From Candidatus Peregrinibacteria bacterium (GTDB lineage: Bacteria; Patescibacteriota; Gracilibacteria; UBA1369; LOWO2-01-FULL-3): a stretch of 64,000 bases of DNA. Location: positions 9,474 to 73,473 of the forward strand of contig JBDRNZ010000012.1 of assembly GCA_043810515.1 (NCBI GenBank), in the 5' to 3' direction. The notes under the pieces are model-generated. The model did no database searches and was not told where the DNA came from. It worked only from the letters and a program-made list of their open reading frames with translations. The position numbers were made by a program, and so were the translations under genes. Shown piece by piece: positions 56,907 to 64,000 of this stretch (positions within the stretch are counted from its first letter, which is position 1; each line of letters begins with the position of its first letter).

Positions 56907-57973
56907 TAATAAATATTTATAAGGCCGAGTATCGTTCCGAAGACGGTCATTATTCCGCCTATAATCCAGAATCTCATGACGACCGTGAATTCTTTCCAGC
57001 CTTTGCGTTCAAAATGATGATGGATGGGGGCTATTTCAAAAACTTTTCTTTTGAAGAATTTTTTTGAGGTGAGCTGAATAATTACGGAAAGCGCCTCTAT
57101 CACAAAAATGAATCCTATGATCGGTAGTATGAATATCTGTTGCGTGAGCATTGCTATAACGCCAAGTGTTGCCCCTAGCGCGAGTGAACCGGTATCTCCC
57201 ATGTAAAACCTCGCCGGAGGGATATTGAACCATAAAAATGCCACCTGTGCGCCAACGATTACGCTGCACAAAGTGGCCAGGATAAACATTCCTTTTGCGA
57301 AGGCCAGAATTCCAAATGCACCGAAGGCCATAATAAGCAGGCCGCTTGCCAGTCCGTCGAGTCCGTCGGTGAAATTTACCGCGTTTGCTGTTGCGATTAT
57401 TACAAAAATGAAAATCGGAATGTACCACCAGCCGACATAAAGGTCTGCTACTCCCGGAATAGGTATTGATATTGAGTCGAAGCCGAGTTTTGAATAAAAC
57501 CACCATGCTCCGGCTCCGCTAAAAACCGTGAGCCAGGCTAATTTAAGTTTTGCGCTGAGACCTTTCGTTTTTCCTATGCCTTTTACGTTCAGATAATCAT
57601 CGATTGCTCCGAGTATTCCGCATGCTATCAGCGTAAATATCGGAATCCAGGTTTCTCTTCTGTTTAAGAGCGAATATTTGAATATTTCTGTTTTTTGCAG
57701 GACTATTGAAATTATCGTGACAACTATTATTGTTCCCCAGATCAGCAGGCCGCCCATTGTCGGAGTGCCGCTTTTTTTGGCGTGAAGCTCGGAAAAAAGT
57801 TTTGATTTTTCGCCGGAAATCGCTACGTCGCGGATTTGTTTTCCTATTTTAAATCTTATGAGCTGTCTTGTGAACCACGGGGTCAGCAGGATCAGAATCA
57901 GAAACGCGAGGGTTCCCGAGCCGGATATTATTATTAAATTTTCTATCAGATTGTGATACGCCTGAGGTTCCAT
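56903..57973 (-). CDS. mraY: Phospho-N-acetylmuramoyl-pentapeptide transferase
   Basis: KSGTPTMGG, GAIDD, NAVNFTDGLDGLA, YMGDTGS, APIHHHFE. Confidence 0.97.
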   Translation of the reverse strand: MEPQAYHNLIENLIIISGSGTLAFLILILLTPWFTRQLIRFKIGKQIRDVAISGEKSKLFSELHAKKSGTPTMGGLLIWGTIIVVTIISIVLQKTEIFKYSLLNRRETWIPIFTLIACGILGAIDDYLNVKGIGKTKGLSAKLKLAWLTVFSGAGAWWFYSKLGFDSISIPIPGVADLYVGWWYIPIFIFVIIATANAVNFTDGLDGLASGLLIMAFGAFGILAFAKGMFILATLCSVIVGAQVAFLWFNIPPARFYMGDTGSLALGATLGVIAMLTQQIFILPIIGFIFVIEALSVIIQLTSKKFFKRKVFEIAPIHHHFERKGWKEFTVVMRFWIIGGIMTVFGTILGLINIYY

Positions 57974-57976
57974 TTT

Positions 57977-58870
57977 TTACCAGTTATATGCTCTAAACGC
58001 CCAGTCTATGAGTATTTTTGTTTCTCTGAATCTGTCGGGGCTGTTTAATACGACCGTGAGTATTTCGTTGCCCTCGTCGCTTTCTGCGATTGAAACGAAA
58101 CACAGGCCAGCTAGATCCGTGCTTCCCGTTTTAAGGCCTTTTACGTGGAAAAATTCGTTTTCCAGAAGTTCATTTGTGGATTTGAGGGCGTGCACGTATT
58201 TTCCGTCCACTGATTTTACCTCGAGTTCTTTGAGTTCGACCGCGTGTTTTATGAACTGATTTTTGTAGACTTCTCTTCCGAGTTTTGCCAGGTCGCGGGC
58301 TGACGAGTAATTGTTTGGCGTATCGAGGCCGATCGGGTTTGAATAATGCGTGTTTGAGAGGCCCAGTTCCTGGGCTTTTTCATTCATTTTCTTAACGAAC
58401 GAGTCGACTGTGCCGGAGTTGTGCTCGGCCAGTGCTACTGCGGCATCGTTTGCAGAATTTATCATCACGCCATAAAACAAATTCTCAAGAGCCATGATTT
58501 CGCCTCCTCTTAGAAACATGTTTGAGCCTTCTGTATTTGCGGCGTTTTCCGAGATGGTTACTGTTTCGTTAAGCCGGTCATCCTCGGTGATTATAAAGGC
58601 CGTCATGAGTTTTGTAATGCTGGCTATGGGGAGTCTTGCGTCCGCGTTTTTTTCATAAAGAACAGTTCCCGTGTCAAGGTCTACGATTATTGTGGCCTTT
58701 GCGTCTACTATTGGCGCTATAAATTTCAGATTTTTTACAGGAATTCTTTGAGAGGATGTCATTGTCGTAAAATTCAGGTCCGTAAGCAGACCTGCGGAAG
58801 AAGGTTGAGATACGGTCACTTCCGGTGCCATAACTGAAGCTATGTATAAGCTTAATAAGCTAGTGATCAT
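57977..58870 (-). CDS. D-alanyl-D-alanine carboxypeptidase (peptidase S11)
   Basis: ASITK (SxxK), SAN (SxN), KTG motifs. Confidence 0.93.
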   Translation of the reverse strand: MITSLLSLYIASVMAPEVTVSQPSSAGLLTDLNFTTMTSSQRIPVKNLKFIAPIVDAKATIIVDLDTGTVLYEKNADARLPIASITKLMTAFIITEDDRLNETVTISENAANTEGSNMFLRGGEIMALENLFYGVMINSANDAAVALAEHNSGTVDSFVKKMNEKAQELGLSNTHYSNPIGLDTPNNYSSARDLAKLGREVYKNQFIKHAVELKELEVKSVDGKYVHALKSTNELLENEFFHVKGLKTGSTDLAGLCFVSIAESDEGNEILTVVLNSPDRFRETKILIDWAFRAYNW

Positions 58871-59558
58871 TGATTTCGAGTTGAGTTAATTTTCTGTAAG
58901 ATCCTTTTTTTAACTGTCCGAGATATATTTTTCCGATTTTTGTTCTTTTTAAGTATTTCACATCGTGCATAACATAGGCAAACATTTTTCTTATTTGCCT
59001 CTTGCGCCCTTCTTTGATTGTTATTGTAAGTGAAGACTCATATTCTGTTCTTTTTAGAATTTTTATTGCGGCCGGCGCGGTTTTTCTACCCTCGAGACGT
59101 ATGCCTTTTTCGAGGGTGTCAGCTTCTTTGTCCTCTAGCTTTCCTTTTATTATGGCGAAATATTCTTTTTTACACTCGAATCGCGGATGAGTGTATCTGT
59201 TTATAAATTCTCCATCATTGCTGAAAAGCAGGAGGCCTTCCGTGTCTTTGTCCAGTCTGCCAACCGGTTTGATGTTGGGGATTTTCGGGACGAGTGACAT
59301 CACTGTTTTTCTGTCCAATTCGTCGTTTCTTGTTGTTACGTAGCCTGCCGGCTTGTTTAGCGCCAGGTATACTTTTACTGTCGGTTTTGTTAATAAAAGC
59401 TTTCCGTTTACTTTAAGTGCCATTGTGTCCGGGTCTATTTCCATTCCAAGTTTTTCCACGATTTTTCCGTTCACGGAAACTTTACCGTCTTTTATAAGTT
59501 CGTCGGCTGCTCTTCTTGAATAACTGCTGTTTGAAGCTATGTATTTGTTGATTCTCAT
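58860..59558 (-). CDS. rRNA pseudouridine synthase (RsuA/RluB family)
   Basis: S4 domain SRRAAD, LNKPAG, GRLDKDTEGLL, EGRKRQIRKM. Confidence 0.93.
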   Translation of the reverse strand: MRINKYIASNSSYSRRAADELIKDGKVSVNGKIVEKLGMEIDPDTMALKVNGKLLLTKPTVKVYLALNKPAGYVTTRNDELDRKTVMSLVPKIPNIKPVGRLDKDTEGLLLFSNDGEFINRYTHPRFECKKEYFAIIKGKLEDKEADTLEKGIRLEGRKTAPAAIKILKRTEYESSLTITIKEGRKRQIRKMFAYVMHDVKYLKRTKIGKIYLGQLKKGSYRKLTQLEINDH

Positions 59559-60985
59559 TGGGAATTTTGCGATGTTTCCGCGGGAGTGGTTTCGGGTGAA
59601 GCTTCAGGGGCCGCGGGGACTGCCGGTGCTGCTACTGCCGGCAGGGAATAAAACGGATCGTCAATATAGTTGTCGGAATTTACATAGTCGCCTCCTATTT
59701 CCAAAATTATATCGGTCTGGTCGAAATATCCTTTGTCTATGTAATCCTGCGGAATTTCAGTACTTTCGATGCCAGGGATAAGTTTTTCCAGAAAATCCAG
59801 AGATACGGGCCTCGAATCTATCGGATCACCTTTTTCGTCGTATTTCTGCATGTAATAATAGGTTGTCTGCTCGAGGTCGGTGTTTCTCGCATTTCCAAAT
59901 CTGTTTATTTCAAAACAGAATCTTTGCAAAATTTGTTTTGCCTCGCCGGCCACGCCTCCGGTTTTTGTGCCATTCAAAATATGAATTCTTGCAACTTCTT
60001 TTGCTATAAGCGGATAGTCAAAATTCATGTCCGCGTACATATGTAAAAACTCCTCTCCTCCTGCCGGAATCAATACGAACATTCCGCCGTAATATTCCCG
60101 CATAGGTGTGTACAGGAAGCCTCCGCACTGGGTCGGGTCGTCATGTATGAGCCTGTGGGATATGTTTTCCTGAGAATATTCTCCGGCAATCGCGCCCATC
60201 GTGAGGATTTCTCTTATTTTTATGTTTGTTTCAACGTTTGACTTGAGCGTGTTTAAGAGTTCTTTTATTTTTTCTTGACTCAGAATCACCTCTGTCTGCA
60301 GAGCTTTTTCTTTTATTGCGTATATTATCTGCTGCTGTCGCTGTGCTCTGTCAAAATCCGATGTTGTTTTACGACTTCTGGCGTACTTCAGCGCTGTTTC
60401 TCCGTCCATGTGGTGAAGTCCCGCTGGGATCTGAAAAGTTTCGTAGTTATAGGTGCCGTCTTTTGGATAATATGGGTCGTATATCGCGTTTTCGACTTCT
60501 ATGTCTATTCCGCCGAGCGTGTCCACGAGTTCTTTGAATCCGTCAAAATTTACTTTTGCCCAGTAATGAATAGGGATTCCCATTATTTCTTCAATTTTTT
60601 TCTTCAGATATTCAACACCCTCGGCCGAGCTGTCGAAATATTTTTTTGCGTTAAGGTAGATCTCGTTTATTTTTGAATTTCCAACTTCTTCATCTTTTAC
60701 ATAAAGATCTCGCGGAATTGACAACATCGTCAAAGTTTTGTCTTCGTCGTCAAGGCTTGCCACTATTATCGTGTCCGTGAGATCGGCTCCGTCGTTGTTC
60801 TTGCCGGCCGTTCCGAGCAGGAGAAAATTTGTGTGTCCAAAGGCGTCTGTCTGCAATTCGTCTCCGGCCAGTTTAAGAAAAACGTTCATATTTACCGAAC
60901 TTATGGCTTTTACAATTCCTACGCAGAGCGCGATTATTATTACGATGGAAGCTATGAGCGGGATGGTGAGTCTTATTTTTTTCAT
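59555..60985 (-). CDS. LCP (LytR-CpsA-Psr) family protein with LytR C-terminal domain
   Basis: N-terminal TM; TDTII, SIPRDLYV, KYARSR, DFDRAQRQQ; ILNGT...GVAG. Confidence 0.92.
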   Translation of the reverse strand: MKKIRLTIPLIASIVIIIALCVGIVKAISSVNMNVFLKLAGDELQTDAFGHTNFLLLGTAGKNNDGADLTDTIIVASLDDEDKTLTMLSIPRDLYVKDEEVGNSKINEIYLNAKKYFDSSAEGVEYLKKKIEEIMGIPIHYWAKVNFDGFKELVDTLGGIDIEVENAIYDPYYPKDGTYNYETFQIPAGLHHMDGETALKYARSRKTTSDFDRAQRQQQIIYAIKEKALQTEVILSQEKIKELLNTLKSNVETNIKIREILTMGAIAGEYSQENISHRLIHDDPTQCGGFLYTPMREYYGGMFVLIPAGGEEFLHMYADMNFDYPLIAKEVARIHILNGTKTGGVAGEAKQILQRFCFEINRFGNARNTDLEQTTYYYMQKYDEKGDPIDSRPVSLDFLEKLIPGIESTEIPQDYIDKGYFDQTDIILEIGGDYVNSDNYIDDPFYSLPAVAAPAVPAAPEASPETTPAETSQNSQ

Positions 60986-60996
60986 GGGAATATTTT

Positions 60997-63465
60997 TCAG
61001 GATTTATTTATTACTATGGTTGCGTGTGTGTTTCCTGTGTCGTCAGTCCGGAGGTCTATTCCTATTCTTTCCCAGGCGTCATAAATCAGACTTGTTTCGT
61101 CGTCGAGAATCGAACTTATGATGTCGGACCAGATGTGAAAAATTCTTCCGATTCCCTGCGATATGCCTGTGACATTATGCGCCTGCAGAGATTCCTGGAA
61201 AACGTCGTCTGTAAGAGCGACGCTGTCGTTTATAACCATATCATTCAGCTCTTTGCTTATTATTTCAAGGTTTGAATTATAAACCAGGGAACCCTGGCCG
61301 TTTTGCGTTCTTTTGAGGTTTATTTCGGTGAACAATTCGTTTTCCATGTCGGTTAGCTGTTCAGCGGTGAGAGGGGAAGTCGAAAATTCTTCGACGACAT
61401 ATACATATCCGTTGTTGGTAGCCAGGCCTATTCCGACTTTTGTCCATTGCTGTTCAAGCGTGTTTTTTCTGTGAATTCCGCTTCTCATCAGACCGTAATG
61501 CGCGAATTCGATTGATACATCCTGCGCGATGTTTTCTGAAACCGGCGTTTCTATTCCAACTTTTAATCTTCTTTCGTCCGGGGTTTCGCCGAGCAGATTT
61601 ATGTGGCCGAAATAATTATTTTCCGCCATGTCGTTGGCGTGCGCTTGCGCAAGGGCATTTAACTCCTGCGATGTTACCACCTGGCCGAGTCCGCTCTGTG
61701 TTCTTTCGTTGTTTATGAGATTTAAAAGAGCTGTTCTTTCGCTTGCCAGGTTCAGATCCCCCGAGAAAAATTCTCTTTTATTCAGGTCAAAATAATCCGG
61801 AATAAGTGGAATATGACTGCCGATCTGTACCGGATGATTGAGTTCCGGAAGTCCGTCTTTGTTGATTATTTCCACGATATATCTGCCTTCCTGCGATGGT
61901 GAATAGCTGAACGAGAAAGTTCCTCCGGCTTTTATAATCGGCGTTTCGAAGTATGTGCCTGTTGCGTCCGATGTCGACAGCGAGATTTCGTCAACGAATC
62001 CGTCCGGTTTTGTGATGTATGCGGCAAGTCTTGTGTCGACGAGGACTGTTCCAGAAAATGATATTTTTTGTCCTTTTTCAAGTTTGTCCGGAGGGGAGGC
62101 CGAGATCTCATTTTCCTCTATCTGATCAAACGTGTGGCCGGCCGCGATGAAGGTTTTTGTGTCGGACTTTGTGAAATTTGATGCGATGGTGAGGGGCGTT
62201 GACGAGCTTAGTTTTGCGGTTTCAACGTAGTATGAGACTGCGCCTTCACCAAATGTTGCGAAGTTTTTGTAATTTATCGGAACTGCGGTTTTTTGCTGTC
62301 TGGATAGGTATGTGACTGTTTTGTTATTCTTGAGGAATGTGAATTTTTTGACTGTTTCCTGCGGCGCAGAGAAATTTATGGAAGTAGTGTCATTCGCAAA
62401 ACCCATGCTTAGTGATGACGCTTTTTCTGTCAGTATCTCGGTTTTTTCTTCGTCCGGAAGGTCTTGTATTACCGAAATACTTGCGACTTTTGTCTGTCCG
62501 GAAGATCCCGGTAGTATTCCAATATTGTAATTTCCCGGTGTCGTGAAATATACTGGTATTTCGAATCTGCCGTTTTTTATTTTTCCTGTAAAATCTTCAA
62601 AATTGTAAGGATCACTGTCGTCCGGATCAAGAAGTATGTTTGTTTTATCGTATCCTGATGCGGCTGTTCCTTCTATTATATAAACCTCATTTTCATAAAA
62701 AGTGTTTGGGATTTCATCATCCAGCGTTATTTTTTCATAAAAATTTATCGGAATTGTGTTTTGTGAAACTGGAGTAAAAGATGTATCGGGGGTGTCGTCC
62801 GCGGCTGTGTCTGCCGTGTCGGGGGTGTCGATTTGGGGCTGAGTGATCTCGTTTGTTGCGGATGGATCAAGCGTCAGTGTTCTATATATGATTTCACTTA
62901 TGTTTGCTCTTGTCATGAATTTTTCCGGGGAAAACTCGTTTTCCTGTTCTTCAAGGTATCCGTGCGAATATGCGTATGCCACGTATGGCGCGTACCATGC
63001 CGAGGCCGGGGTGTCCGTATATGGCATGACCGTGAGCGAATCCGAAGTCTGCCAGTTTTGTACTTTGCCCAGAATTTTTAGCGCCTCGACCTTGTTTATG
63101 GTTTGTTCCGGCATGAAATTCCCATTTGAATAGCCAACAATCCAGCCTTCGTCGTAAGCTTTGTTTACGTAAGGGGCGTACCATTGTGTCTGAAGCACGT
63201 CCATAAACGGTGCCGGTCCGGTTGTGCCTGTTTCTATGTTTGATCCTTCGATTATTATTTTTAAAAATTCCGCTCTGTTTACTTTGTTTTCTGGTCTGAA
63301 CGTGCCGTCCGGGTACCCGTCGATTATGCCGTTTTCCTGTAAGTACAAGATCGCGTCATAGTTTTTATGAAGCCGGAAAACGTCCGTGAATTCCGCTAAT
63401 GCTGTTTGCGCGAAGAATGCGGAAAGCAGGATGGCCGCCAGTATTTTCAAGTTGAGTTTTTTCAT
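60997..63465 (-). CDS. Secreted S-layer-homology (SLH) protein with CAP/SCP domains
   Basis: Signal peptide; SLH repeats (IIDGYPDGTFRPENKVNRAE, IVGYSNGNFMPEQTINKVE, MTRAN); CAP domain AQAHANDM...YFGH...ENIA...SGIHRKN...VGIG, then a second degenerate CAP-like domain. Confidence 0.85.
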   Translation of the reverse strand: MKKLNLKILAAILLSAFFAQTALAEFTDVFRLHKNYDAILYLQENGIIDGYPDGTFRPENKVNRAEFLKIIIEGSNIETGTTGPAPFMDVLQTQWYAPYVNKAYDEGWIVGYSNGNFMPEQTINKVEALKILGKVQNWQTSDSLTVMPYTDTPASAWYAPYVAYAYSHGYLEEQENEFSPEKFMTRANISEIIYRTLTLDPSATNEITQPQIDTPDTADTAADDTPDTSFTPVSQNTIPINFYEKITLDDEIPNTFYENEVYIIEGTAASGYDKTNILLDPDDSDPYNFEDFTGKIKNGRFEIPVYFTTPGNYNIGILPGSSGQTKVASISVIQDLPDEEKTEILTEKASSLSMGFANDTTSINFSAPQETVKKFTFLKNNKTVTYLSRQQKTAVPINYKNFATFGEGAVSYYVETAKLSSSTPLTIASNFTKSDTKTFIAAGHTFDQIEENEISASPPDKLEKGQKISFSGTVLVDTRLAAYITKPDGFVDEISLSTSDATGTYFETPIIKAGGTFSFSYSPSQEGRYIVEIINKDGLPELNHPVQIGSHIPLIPDYFDLNKREFFSGDLNLASERTALLNLINNERTQSGLGQVVTSQELNALAQAHANDMAENNYFGHINLLGETPDERRLKVGIETPVSENIAQDVSIEFAHYGLMRSGIHRKNTLEQQWTKVGIGLATNNGYVYVVEEFSTSPLTAEQLTDMENELFTEINLKRTQNGQGSLVYNSNLEIISKELNDMVINDSVALTDDVFQESLQAHNVTGISQGIGRIFHIWSDIISSILDDETSLIYDAWERIGIDLRTDDTGNTHATIVINKS

Positions 63466-63569
63466 TTCGGTGAATCTAAAGTCTGTATGGGAATACTACT
63501 TATATTTTTTTATTTTATCAATTGCAAGATTTTAGAAAAATTTTAAGTTTCAGGAGTAGGTTTTGTGGC

Positions 63570-64000
63570 ATGTCCAGATATAAATGGTTTTTGCTATTTT
63601 TGATTTCTTTTTTGGCCGGAATTTTTGCGGGAGAATTCCTGAAAAACGGTAATGGTATGAAGCTCGCTGTGCTGGCTGTTTTGTGGGTTTATGCTTTATG
63701 CGCGGTTTTCAGGGAAAGGAAGGCGTGGATTATACTGTTTAGTTTTTTGGGTGTGGGGCTCGGAATTTTCCGGTTTTTTCTTTCATTTCAAGAAGGGGAG
63801 GGGTATATCCAGAATTTTGAAGGATATTTTGAAGTTGAGGGTTGTATTCATGAGGAGGTTGATGTGCGGAACGACAAAGTGAAATATATTCTCGATACCG
63901 AAAAAATTCTGTCCGATGATGAGTGGCGGGAGGTTAAAGGCAATCTTTTAGTGAACGGCGATCGTTATCCTGTTTTTAACTATGGCGATTGTCTCAATGT
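63570..64000 (+). CDS. comEC: ComEC/Rec2 competence protein, N-terminal part (partial; not in ORF track)
   Basis: My translation MSRYKWFLLFLISFLAGIF...(3 TM)...EVEGCIHEEVDVR...KGNLLV...RYPVFNYGDCL fits a DUF4131-like OB-fold start; open to the window end. Confidence 0.7.
   Translation, partial: MSRYKWFLLFLISFLAGIFAGEFLKNGNGMKLAVLAVLWVYALCAVFRERKAWIILFSFLGVGLGIFRFFLSFQEGEGYIQNFEGYFEVEGCIHEEVDVRNDKVKYILDTEKILSDDEWREVKGNLLVNGDRYPVFNYGDCLN

Noticed and set aside
63691-63882. 63-aa ORF-track call at the right edge
   Set aside because: Out-of-frame within the comEC-like reading frame that starts at 63570.
1-64000. Alternative genetic code (UGA=Gly), tRNA/rRNA genes, introns or inteins in rpoB/rpoC/fusA
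   Set aside because: Conserved genes translate full length in code 11 with TGA stops; no cloverleaf or rRNA motifs in the short intergenic gaps; no intein-sized insertions seen.

Overview
Core-genome window of a Patescibacteria/CPR bacterium, most consistent with Peregrinibacteria: standard code with TGA as stop, rpmD/L30 absent from the spc operon, short HrcA, almost no Shine-Dalgarno motifs. About 47 kb on the minus strand carries gap, hrcA-grpE-[TA module]-dnaK, pgi-tkt-LOG-epmA-efp-serS, rpoB-ssb-rpoC, the str/S10/spc/alpha ribosomal clusters, rplM-rpsI, a P2-type ATPase, trmD and a degenerate P-type ATPase homolog that runs off the left edge. A plus-strand block follows (tsaC, rsmH-ftsL-like, G-rich repeat + HNH nuclease, fba-gap2-fbp, ECF sigma/FecR anti-sigma), then a minus-strand envelope cluster (SLH-CAP protein, LCP, pseudouridine synthase, D,D-carboxypeptidase, mraY) and the start of comEC. 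I saw no rRNA, tRNA or CRISPR. Best leads: a half-length pseudo-P-type ATPase that looks catalytically dead and is coupled to trmD; RpoB with a histone-H1-like N-tail, an ssb inserted between rpoB and rpoC, and a pseudoknot-like rpoB leader; a Panacea/RelE-like TA pair inside the heat-shock operon with a perfect 16-bp palindrome; an HNH gene bracketed by G-quadruplex-like DNA; and candidate RNA leaders upstream of rplC and of an orphan-rpsJ unit. All calls come from reading the sequence by eye; no searches were run.
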